Shown here piece after piece: positions 22,447 to 32,613 of a DNA stretch of 64,000 bases (positions are counted from its first letter, which is position 1; every line of letters begins with the position of its first letter). The DNA comes from Eledone cirrhosa (Eukaryota). Under the pieces are notes generated by a model, which ran no database searches, was not told the DNA's origin, and worked only from the letters and a program-made list of their open reading frames with translations. Both the position numbers and the translations under genes were made by a program. Where the stretch lies: the NCBI GenBank assembly GCA_964016885.1, contig OZ024740.1:397048001-397112000 (forward strand). The letters run 5' to 3'.

Positions 22447-25400
22447 TCATCATCATCATCATCATCATCAGGTTTAGCGTCCGTGTTCCACGCTTGCATG
22501 GGTTTGGACGGGGGTTTTCCCACTTGAGGCAAGAGTGGTTGTCTTGCTCGCATAGGACTGTCTGGCGGGTTTTCTACAGTTGGATGCCCTTCCTAACACC
22601 AACCACATTTACAGTGTGGGGCTGGGAGGTTTTTACCGTGTTGCCTACACGGCCACATTACAGCGTGGACTGTCTGGCGGGTTTTCTACAGCTGGATGCC
22701 CTTCCTAACACCAACCACATTTACAGTGTGGGGCTGGGAGGTTTTTACCGTGTTGCCTACACGGCCACATTTACAGCGTGGACTGTGTGTTTTTTGTCGT
22801 GACACCTACACGATCTCATTTGTTTCGGCCTGGATGTTGTGGGACCAACATAACTTTACATTGAAAGGGGCGGTGTGGAGGGACGGGGGTGTGTTTTGAT
22901 AGAGGTGCCTACTGACTGTAGTAGGTTTTTACTTTGTATTTAGGTAAGGCGGGTCTTCTCTATTACTGAGTACCGCCAAAGGTCTCGGTCCAGTGACATT
23001 GTCTTGGAGAGGTGTAAGCGTGTGAGGTCGGAATTTATCAGCTCGTCCCATGTTTTTCTGGGTCTGCCTACTCCGTGGCTACCGTCTATCTTTATTGCCC
23101 TGCACTTTGTTATACAGCTGTCGTCTTTCATGCGCATCACGTGACCGTACCAACGTAGCCTTCTCTCGAGTAAACAACATCTGATCCCTCTTATTTCTAA
23201 TTTTTTCCTTAGTTCGTTTATGCTTTGCCGTTCACGTATATTACTATTGCACATCCAGCGGAGCATGCAAGCTTCATTCCTCTCTAGTCTGCGTATATCC
23301 TCTGCACACAATGCCCAGGTCTCACTGCCATGCAGCATTGCTGTTCGTATGCAGGCATCGTATAACCTGCCTTTCATTTTTAGGGAGAACCCTCTAGCGG
23401 CTAATAGTGGTATAAGCTCTCTGAACTTTTTCCATCCAGTTCTGACTCTAGCTACTGTACTTTCAGAGCACCCTCCCCCACTGCTGATTTTGTCACCCAG
23501 ATAACGGAAGCTGTCCACTATTTCTATAGAACCCTCTGCGCAGTTGAAGGAGCTAGTATTTTGTGGGCACTTGCTGCTACTTATTGCACCAGAGCACCGG
23601 CCACATGTAAAATCTATGTTCTTAGTTAGCTTACCTGTGATCCCACTACATCTTTTATGCACCCATACTTTGCATTTGGGACATAAAATGGAGTTTCTAC
23701 CTACGCCTTTCCTACACACTGAGCATGGCCATTTCCCCGATGGGACCGCCGCCTTATTTTCTTTCCTACAAACTAGAACTTTAGTCTTAGCCAGGTTAAT
23801 TTTAAGGCCTTTTGATTCTAGGCCGTGCTTCCACGTTTGGAATTTCTTCTCTAGTTCGGTCATTGATTCAGCTATGAGCGTTAGATCATCTGCGTATAGG
23901 AGTTCCCATGGGCAGCCGGTCTTGAACTCCTCTGTTATAGCCTGAAGGGCAATAATAAATAGTAGGGGGCTAAGTACAGAGCCCTGATGGACACCAACTT
24001 TTACGCTAAACTCTTCACTATATTCGTTGTTAATTCTAACCTTACTGACTGTTTCTTTATACATGGCTTGTATAGCTCTCACAAGCCATTCGTCAACACC
24101 TAGTTTTCTAAGAGACCACCAGATAATGGAACGGGGGACTCTGTCGAAGGCTTTCTCCAAGTCGACAAAAGCTAAGTATAGGGGTTTACTTTTAGCTAGG
24201 TACTTCTCCTGTAGTTGTCGTACAATGAAAAGAGCGTCTGTGGTACTTTTGCCTGACACAAACCCGAACTGCATTTCATCTAGATCAATTCTCTCTCTGA
24301 TTAGTTGCGCTATTACTTTTTCCGTGACCTTCATGACCTGGTCGATTAATTTAATGCCTCTATAGTTACTCCTATCTAGGGCATCTCCTTTTCCCTTATA
24401 GCAGTTAACGATGATGCTGCTACGCCATTCCTTCGGAGCAACCCCATTCTGTACGACTTGGTTAACTATCCGGGTGACCATGGTGTGTCCCACCGAACCA
24501 GATGCCTTCAGCATCTCAGCAACTATTTCCGAAGGCCCAGCCGCCTTACCCGTCTTCATATCTTTGATTGCCTTACTTATTATACTACCTTCAACTAACA
24601 CTGCTGGTCCCTCTATTGGATCGATCTGGGGGAGACCGTCTTTCTCCCATTTGTTCTCCTCATTTAGAAGCCTTTCGTAGTGACACTTCCAAGCTACCTT
24701 CTTATCAGCGTCGGTGATGGCAAGTATGCCATCATCGTTAAGTACACACTTCTCCCCGACAATATCACGGTTTTCCTTGACACATTGCCTGGCAATCCTG
24801 AACACCTCACGTTTTTGGTCCTCACGTTGTAGAACATGCTTGAACTTTCTTTCCTCTGCTTCCCTTCTTGCGAAGTACACTTGTCTCCTAGCTTCCCTCC
24901 TGGCCACTTGATAGTCTTCTCTACTTCCCCCATCCCGCCATACTTTCCAAGCCTGCTTTTTGGCCTTAATTGACTCCTCCACCTTACTGTTCCACCACCA
25001 TGTTACTCTCCTCCTACCTACAGGCCTGCTCCAGCCACAGACTTCGTCTGCCGCCGTCAGCAGGTTTGCTCTCAGGAATTCCCACTGTTCCTCTATATTA
25101 TACGACTCTAATTGCTCTTCCTTACTGTCGAAAGCGTCAAGTAATTTGCTTTGAAATTTATTTCTGGCTATGGGGTCCTTTAGCTTCCATATTTTTCTCC
25201 TGAGGATAGTCCTCTTTCGCTGTCTAGTACGTCTCGTCCTGACTATGAGGTCGCTAATTATCAGTCTATGTTGGGAGGTGAATTCTTCATGGGGGTGGGA
25301 TTTAGTGTTAACAACAGACACTCTGTCACGTCTTCTGGTAAGGATATAATCTACCTGGCTTGTGTGTTCCCCCGATCTATAGGTGATCAAGTGATTGTCT

Positions 25401-25703
25401 CGTTTTTTGAAGTTAGTGTTACAGATAGTTAAGTTATTTGCGTCGCAGAATTCCAGGATTCTGGAGCCTTCCTCATTTCTAGTACCGAACCCATAGCCTC
25501 CATGGATTCCGTCATAGCCGTCACAATGTTGTCCAACGTGACCATTTAGGTCGCCTGCAATAACTATATAGTCACTGTCGGTTATTTGGGAGGTAGCGAG
25601 CATCAGTGTCTCGTAGAATCTGTCTTTTATAGCGCGGGGCTGTCCGGATTGGGGTGCGTACGCAGATATTACTGTCACCGTAGTTTTATTGAGGACAAGT
25701 CTT
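22446..25703 (-). mobile_element. Young 5'-truncated RTE-clade LINE with PHD finger in RT
   Basis: Long intact ORF, ~490-bp 3'UTR, (GAT)n tail at 22446-22470. Inserted inside a CR1-group fragment. Confidence 0.97.
22940..25678 (-). CDS. RTE LINE polyprotein: partial AP-endonuclease, reverse transcriptase and embedded C4HC3 PHD-type finger (912 aa, N-terminus truncated)
   Basis: APE motifs SAYAPQ, GDLNGH, VDYIL, SQHRL. RT motifs AFVDLEKAFD, QGSVLSP, YADD, RYLG. Finger C-x2-C-x10-C-x2-C-x4-H-x2-C-x14-C-x2-C at 23594-23725. No internal stop. Confidence 0.95.
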   Translation of the reverse strand: MTVISAYAPQSGQPRAIKDRFYETLMLATSQITDSDYIVIAGDLNGHVGQHCDGYDGIHGGYGFGTRNEEGSRILEFCDANNLTICNTNFKKRDNHLITYRSGEHTSQVDYILTRRRDRVSVVNTKSHPHEEFTSQHRLIISDLIVRTRRTRQRKRTILRRKIWKLKDPIARNKFQSKLLDAFDSKEEQLESYNIEEQWEFLRANLLTAADEVCGWSRPVGRRRVTWWWNSKVEESIKAKKQAWKVWRDGGSREDYQVARREARRQVYFARREAEERKFKHVLQREDQKREVFRIARQCVKENRDIVGEKCVLNDDGILAITDADKKVAWKCHYERLLNEENKWEKDGLPQIDPIEGPAVLVEGSIISKAIKDMKTGKAAGPSEIVAEMLKASGSVGHTMVTRIVNQVVQNGVAPKEWRSSIIVNCYKGKGDALDRSNYRGIKLIDQVMKVTEKVIAQLIRERIDLDEMQFGFVSGKSTTDALFIVRQLQEKYLAKSKPLYLAFVDLEKAFDRVPRSIIWWSLRKLGVDEWLVRAIQAMYKETVSKVRINNEYSEEFSVKVGVHQGSVLSPLLFIIALQAITEEFKTGCPWELLYADDLTLIAESMTELEKKFQTWKHGLESKGLKINLAKTKVLVCRKENKAAVPSGKWPCSVCRKGVGRNSILCPKCKVWVHKRCSGITGKLTKNIDFTCGRCSGAISSSKCPQNTSSFNCAEGSIEIVDSFRYLGDKISSGGGCSESTVARVRTGWKKFRELIPLLAARGFSLKMKGRLYDACIRTAMLHGSETWALCAEDIRRLERNEACMLRWMCNSNIRERQSINELRKKLEIRGIRCCLLERRLRWYGHVMRMKDDSCITKCRAIKIDGSHGVGRPRKTWDELINSDLTRLHLSKTMSLDRDLWRYSVIEKTRLT

Positions 25704-26246
25704 GGGGAATATTAGGTGTAGTGTTGGCGAATCTCAGGAAGCATGGAGGTTTTAAAGGATGCAGTGTCTCGACAGCTAACAATTGATGCAGGGAGTTTGT
25801 TCCATGCTTCAGCAACTCTGAGCGTGAAAAAATGTTTCCGAAAGTCACGGGAGTTGTGCTGTTTTCTGACTTTGTTGGCATGCCCAAGTGTGTTAGACAC
25901 ATGGAAATCAAAAAGGTACTCAGGGTTGTTGTTGGCAATAATTTTGTGGATGTTTACCAAGTCAGTTACCAGACATCGGAGCTTCAATATAACCATCCCC
26001 AGGTAAGTCAGGCGTTCAGAGTATGGTAGATGCCTGATGGAAGGTATTCACTTGGTTGCACGTCTCTGAACAGTTTCCAGGTAGTCAATGTTCTGAGCAT
26101 GATAGGGGTTCCAGACTGGTGATGCAAATTCTAAGTGTGGCCGCACCATAGCTATATACAGCTTTAAATAGATAGCTGGAGAGCGGCTGACAAAGGTCTT
26201 GCTGAATGATGCCAAGACACCCTCGGCCTTCTTGACAATTTTAGAT
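25704..26246 (-). mobile_element. CR1-group LINE C-terminal fragment (right part of the split element)
   Basis: LYIAMVRPHLEFASPVWNP..LETVQRRATK and FFTLRVAEAWNKLP, typical of the CR1/Jockey-group ORF2 C-terminus. Confidence 0.9.
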
Positions 26247-26691
26247 GATTCCCAACATGTGGTGCACAATTCACAGGGGGGAGATTTGAAAGTGATATAA
26301 TACGACCAAACTTCCAGTTTTAGTGTTGTCAATGACTTATTACTGAAAAAAAGAAATCGACTGGATATCACAAAATGAGGAGATTTAAGGTTAAAACTGA
26401 CTAAATTAGTGCCTCGAATAAAAACTCTTTGTAGCATACATCAAGGTCAAGGAACTCACTAAATGACTAACTTGCATTATTTCATCTTGAGCTCGGTGAG
26501 TTAAGTTGAACTTAAATTGGAAGAAAACATTTTTTGCCTAATTTTTAGCTTTGTTTAATTAAAGGATTTTTACTTTATATTACAGTAATTACACTTTTAC
26601 AAAACTCAATTTGTTTTTATCTCAAAGGGGGACATAAACATTTTTTAGATTTGGGGGTAGGGCATGGAGCAAAAAAGGTTGGGAACCATTG
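26245..26691. mobile_element. hAT/Charlie-type non-autonomous element, left terminus clipped
   Basis: Right end ggttgggaaccattg is followed by TTCTAGAG (a Charlie-type NTCTAGAN target). Left end atgattcccaac is its partial inverse. Confidence 0.55.
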
Positions 26692-27664
26692 TTCTAGAGC
26701 ATATCCTTTGTTAATGTAGTATTTGATGATGACATTCTTATGCCAGACATTAGGTATGACAATTCTCTATACAATCTGATTAACATGAACCTTACTTTGT
26801 TGAATATTTTCAGCATCCCAGTGATGTCTAATGATATAGTTACTTTCCCTGCCTCTACATCCTTAATCTTACTTTCAGCCAGATACTTCATATGGACATT
26901 GAATATCTTTGTTCAAATCGTTTTGAGTTAAGCCTACACAAGTTAATGAGAGCACATGATTAGCATCTGGACAACCACGATTTTGACTGTTTTACTGGGC
27001 TTGATGAGAGTGTAAGGAAACTGGAAATTGATTTACCAATTGCATGTAAATAATCTTCATATATCAAGACTAAGTAAGTCTACCTGCACAAAATTAATCA
27101 ATCAGGAATAGTATTAACCATTTTTATATTGGTTGTTTCCTCTGATTTGGCAGGCCAACCAGTTATCGAGCAAACTTAGTAGATGTTTTTCTTTTACAAT
27201 TATTGTTCTTAGTATTTATGGCCTATATCAAATTATCATATTTAAATGGATAAAAAATATCTACACAATTTAATTAAAACAATAAGCCTGTATTAAAATA
27301 TAATTATGCTCATATAATTACGCTAGTATTGAACTTGGGAGACAAGGAATGTGTCATTATGTTCAAGAATTTGTTAACAATCTTTCAAACAATAACTTAT
27401 CAAACACATTTGGGTAAAACAGAGTTTTTCTAAATTAATATCTCTTGGTATATTTTTCATTGCAATTCACAAAAACAAAACAAAATATTCTGAAGTGTTG
27501 ATTTGTTTGGTCTGTATGGCTACATGGAGAGTGAGAATAACTATATAAGATAACCTTATCTTATTTAAAGCTAATAGTTCAGAAAATCCATCTTGATGTT
27601 GCAAAATTTTACTTAGAACATAAGTAAATCATATTAATTGACAGATTTCACTATGAGCAATGTA

Positions 27665-27882
27665 TAATGGTTTCTGATTTAGGCACACAGCCAATAGTTT
27701 TTGGGGAGGGGAAAGTCAATTAAATCAACCCCAATGCATTACTGGTACTTTATTTTATCAACACCATAAGGATGAAAGGCAAAGATAACTTTGGCAGGAT
27801 TTGAACTCAGATTGTAAATGGCCGTAACTATGCCATAAAGCATGTTGCCTGATACTCCACCGATACTGTCAATCCACCACCC
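27665..27882 (-). mobile_element. tRNA-derived SINE (degenerate)
   Basis: Reverse complement contains gagttcaaatcc and gcctttcatcctta..gataaaataaagtaccag, as in the 31627 family. Confidence 0.7.
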
Positions 27883-30731
27883 TTGAGCAATGTATATTAA
27901 AGTAGAAACAGTATTCTAAAATGATAAAGCAATGACTAGTGGAGAGGAATTCTAGAATGTTTTTCATTTACAGATTAATTCAGTTCTAGATTCAGCAATG
28001 TGATCAGTGAAATAATTTGTTGAGTGTATAATTAATATAGGAGTTTCAAATAGAACAACAAGGAAAAACAGCAATTTAATTATATTTATTTTTCAATCAT
28101 TTTACATGTGCCTCTCTTAAACAGTTCCTGAAATTTTTTATTGATCTGCTGGTGAAATTGTTTTATAACTAGATATCTTTCTGAATATATCAGCTACTGA
28201 AATATTAATTAGGAATGGTAATAAAGTAATATGAAAATCAGAAATAATTTAGTTTTCATTAAACTTTAGAAGTGTTAGTATTATGAGGAAAATAGTTCCT
28301 AATGATATAACAATAAATATTTTGACAAGGAACATTTATATAACAAAATACGATGTGTAACTAAAGGTTCAATATAACATACACCAATGTCCTTTTAACT
28401 GATGCAGGTTATGGAACATTTCAACTAATCAAGTTGTAGTCCTTCCTATCTTCTTATCTGCCTACTTCTGACTGTTCAGTTAAATATCCTGCTATATATA
28501 TACCAACAATAAAATTCTGTTGGTGAAAACAAAAATAGCCACTGTTAAATAGAAAGCACTCAATACATAGCATCTGTAGAGTAAGAGTGTTATATATTTT
28601 TAAATCATTGGCATTTACTTGTGCAAGCTTTTTCATTAATACTCTGTTGAATGATTATATTTTTTATACCACATCTGCTCACTTATGGAATAGAACATGG
28701 TCAGGGGTGAATAAATTTAATGCCCCATCCATACAGGAGTTTATTGTTTGTTAGTATGAGGAAGAATATGATGACTGATCAATAGTCAGGGCAAGAATTA
28801 TTCAGAGACTAAAAGGAAGAATATTTTTAACCCAAATTTAATTGTTTGAACCAATTGTTCTATTTTGTTTGATGGAGAATGAACAAAGACTATTTTAAAT
28901 GGAAAGAATTTAGGAGGCCTATTATCAAATCTAACAAGAAATTTTCTATCCAAGAAAAAATGATGAGCACAGCTTGTGGTTCACAAAACTTTTAAAGCTT
29001 CCTTCTAAATATTTGAATAATTATATTCTACAGAGGTTAACCTCCTTGATAAATACAGCACTGGGTTGATATCCTACAATAAAACTCCTGATGTAGGCTA
29101 TTCACTAGCATCAGTTGTCAATATGATGGTTTTGTTGACATCAAAGAGCAATACATTTTAATCTTTTTGATAACAAAGTGGTTATACAATATAAATTGTT
29201 TGTTTTAAAGTGCTTATATTTATCTAAAAACCTTCCATCATAATTTTATATAAGAGCCTTTGTTCAGATATATTTCAAGCACGAGATAAATGAGCAAGTT
29301 ATTTTTATCACTAAATCTCTCTAAATTCTTGATTATTTTCCAAATTATTTGAAATCATAGGAAGGAGTGCCTTCAAGTACTCCTTCCAACAGAAGAAGAA
29401 GTAAATAATTCACAAAGATATTCAATAAATAGTTTGATAAGAAGCATTTATATAATAAATGACAATACATAATTGAATGTTCACTATAACACATACTAAG
29501 AGTTTTTTTAACCCTTCTAGGTTATGGGGCACTTTAACTCATCAAATTGTAGTTCCTCTTCCCTTCTTTATCACCTACTACTGACTGTCCAGCAATATAT
29601 CTTGCTATATATACATATATATACATATTGGAAGAAGAATTCATTGATGCTAACAGTTTCATATTTTCTATATCTTCAGTAACAGGTATAGATAAAAATG
29701 ATGTGAATGTTATACTGTACAACTGCACAACTATGCTGCCTAGCTATAATGATACATTACCAACTTATAGTATTTTTATTGTTCAGAGTGATTCAGAATT
29801 TTCTCCCTGTATAAAGTTGTTGATATTGTAAAAGGAATCTTAAATGTATAGCCTCATATTGATTTTATTGTGGTTATCAATGGATTAGCTTACACAATTC
29901 CATGCCTGTATGCAAGACTAAACAGCATTAAAAATGAAAAAAAAAAAGTGGTACTAAAGAGAAGAGGAGCGATAATGAAAGTATAGAATGGCTAAATAAT
30001 AGGTTATTTTATGTTGTGTGGTAATAAAAAAGCTTAGATAAAGGTCTTGAATAACACCTATAAAAATAGAAATGATTTTCCATATAGAATTCTCTACCTA
30101 CTTAAATGATTCTAGTATTTAATTAATTTATTTTTTTAAAGAGATTGATAAACCTTTTTTTTATAGAAATTTCAGCCTTTAACATTACTTAGTAGATTTT
30201 TTATTTCATCTATTATCTTTGCATACATAGATTTACCTTTATTATTACTGCAGAAAGTATTGCAGGAAGGTGGCAAGATCTTTGTAATTTAAATTTGATT
30301 TAGTTTTGACTTTCCATAGAAGCCAATGTCACTTCAATGTTGCTAATGTTTAATGATGTCCATTGAAAATGTGTAAACAGCACAATTCTTAATTCCTATT
30401 ACTTTGACAATCTTGTGTTTCATGTTGTTTACATCAGTGTATCCTCAATATTATAATATGGTTGTGACAGATGTATTTTGTTTCAATTTTTACTTACAGC
30501 AGAGTATGAAATTTCATTAATATACTGTGTTCATTTATCCATGTTCATTTTAATTTCATTGAGTTCTGCCCCATGATCGATATTGTAACCATTTAGGATC
30601 ATTTGTATGTTATGTAATTGGATAAGCTACTTTAAAATGCATACATTTCCTCAGTTCTCAGAAAACGTTATTTCATTTGAAACTTACACAATAGTTATTC
30701 TTGATAGGAATAGCAACCAAATCTCCTTTAA

Positions 30732-30936
30732 CTCTTTGGCTAAACCGGCCATGTCTGGCCAAAATTCTCTCAACTCTTTCTGTTCAAACTGGCTGTAACC
30801 AGTCACTTATACTGATGTTGAGTTATTGTTTTCAAAATAAATGATATTAAAATCTCATAGATTCGATACTATGTGAGGTAAAGCCTTTACCATAAAAATA
30901 TAATAGTAAATATAGAGTAATGTAAATGATATAGTG
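30732..30936. mobile_element. piggyBac-type MITE, third copy
   Basis: TTAA-bounded, with internal sequence matching the 1576 and 7165 copies (aaaatctcatagattcgat, ggtaaagcctttacca). Confidence 0.75.
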
Positions 30937-31310
30937 TTAAATGACATTCTATCATTTAAAAAAAGGAGGGATAAATTTGCCAGTGAAGTCCTAGACATAT
31001 GAAAAAAGGGGGATAATCATAGTTAGAACATAATTGATTATAGATCTGTGTAATCAGGGTCGACCTATGGCTAGACAACAACCTAACTACAATCAAGCCA
31101 ATAAGGGAACTATTACACAGTAGTTTGTCTTGCTAGAAATAACATCCAAATCTCCCTTAAATTATACCCTGTTGTCTCAGAGACAGGACACATTGAATAA
31201 GCTAGTAATTACACTTGTTATATATGGCAAAAAAAGGGGGATGGTGATGGTTGGAATACCTTTGATCATATGTCTTCTCAATCAGGGTTGACCTGAAACT
31301 AAACAACCAG

Positions 31311-31350
<40 letters not shown>

Positions 31351-31399
31351 CAAACGGTTGGGAATTCCTCTCTGAAATTTTATTTCTGGACTTAGAAAC

Positions 31400-31842
31400 T
31401 CTCCTGATGATTTAGGATTTCTCATGATATTCCATTCAGAATACCATTATTTTCCTATCAGGGTTGGACGCCATGCTTTGATGCATAGAGTTACGGCCCT
31501 TGCCATTCTGAGTTCAAATCCCGCCGAGGTTAACTTTTCCTTTCATCCTTACGGGGTCGATAAAATAAAGTACCAGTAATACCCTGAGTAATTGCTGGTC
31601 TTGTGCCAAAAGTAGAAACAATTATTAGGGTGGTGGATTGGCAGTATCGGTAGAGGGTCGGACACCATGCTTTCCAGCATAGTTACGTCCCTTTGCGGGC
31701 TGAGTTCAAATCCCACTGAGGTTAACTTTGCCTTTCATCCTTACGGAGTCGATAAAATAAAGTACCAGTAATGTACTGGGTAATTGATGGCCTTGTGCCA
31801 AAAGTAGAAACAATTATTTTCCTATTGAAAGTGCAGTAGGGA
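31400..31842 (+). ncRNA. Type I hammerhead ribozyme relic split by SINE insertion
   Basis: TCTC-CTGATGA (31404-31410)-tt-TAGGA ... TCCTA-tt-GAAA (31827-31830)-GTGCAG-TA-GGGA. Stem I TCTC/GGGA, stem II TAGGA/TCCTA, TGCA palindromic loop III, GUA site. Confidence 0.6.
31459..31812 (+). mobile_element. Head-to-tail dimer of a tRNA-derived SINE with 13-bp TSD
   Basis: Two units (31459-31626, 5'-truncated; 31627-31812), each with box B gagttcaaatccc. ATTATTTTCCTAT is duplicated at 31446-31458 and 31813-31825. Confidence 0.9.
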
Positions 31843-32200
31843 CATTAAAGTGAGTAGGTGAAGATTTTTTTCTTAACTTGTTTGCTTTTTCCATATATAA
31901 TATTATTAGGCTCTGAATCTGTTAATTTTATTAACTATCTCATTGAACCAAATTCAGTATAAGTTGGACACCCTGTATGTATGTATCTATACTTGTATCT
32001 ATACATGTGTAGAGATATATATTCCTATTCATTTAATATATATATATATATACACACACATTCTAAATAGAAAATAGATTTTTGTATTTTACCTACTAGT
32101 AGTTAGTGCTCAATCAGTTAATGTTTGAATGCTTTAAATAATACTGTATTTTAAACAGACATACTAATATATATATCTATTTGTTATATATATATATATA

Positions 32201-32406
32201 TAACGAAGGAAATGTGGTAAGGAACCAGATGGACCATAACACACCAAAGTACTCAATACTTAGGGTAGTAGAGTGTGTAATAGGAACAAGTATGACCCCG
32301 ACGGCAGAGCTCAAGCCGTTTCGAAGGCTAATTCTGGACCAAATTAGTCCAGAATTAGCCGTCAAAACGGCTTGAGCTCTGCCGTCGGGGTCATACTTGT
32401 TCCTAT
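32201..32406 (-). mobile_element. Fold-back Penelope-like end with hammerhead 3' half
   Basis: 60-bp arms (32280-32339 / 32347-32406, 2 mismatches, 7-nt loop). Minus strand reads GAAA-CGGC-loop-GCCG-TC. The extension contains TGAGTAC and ends at (TA)n. Confidence 0.65.
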
Positions 32407-32417
32407 ATATATATATA

Positions 32418-32613
32418 TGGCCGTGTAGGTAACACGGTAAAAACCTCCCAGTCCACACTGTAAATGTGGTTGGTGTTAGGAAGGGCATCCAGCGGTAGAA
32501 AACCCGCCAGACAGTCCTGAGCAAGACAACCAATCTTGCCTCAAGTGGGACAATTCCTGTCCAGACCTATACTAGCGTGGAAAATGGACGTTAAACGATG
32601 ATGATGATGATGA
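32418..32613 (+). mobile_element. RTE 3'UTR fragment with (GAT)n tail in (TA)n
   Basis: Close match to 60195-60398 and to the reverse complement of 39500-39710. Confidence 0.9.

Larger units (their letters stand above)
31349..31892 (+). mobile_element. Penelope-like pseudo-LTR remnant in (TA)n, interrupted by a SINE dimer
   Basis: Hammerhead core is reconstructable after removing the SINEs. Downstream are TGAGTA and a T-rich tail ending in TA repeats. Confidence 0.6.

Noticed and set aside
23220-25154. Plus-strand ORFs overlapping the LINE ORF (also 8070..8675 and 39957..41864)
   Set aside because: Antisense shadows of the RTE coding frame with no independent protein motifs.
26694-27085. 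Possible host exon with short ORFs
   Set aside because: Frames read from the candidate acceptor hit stops, and no recognisable protein motif is present.
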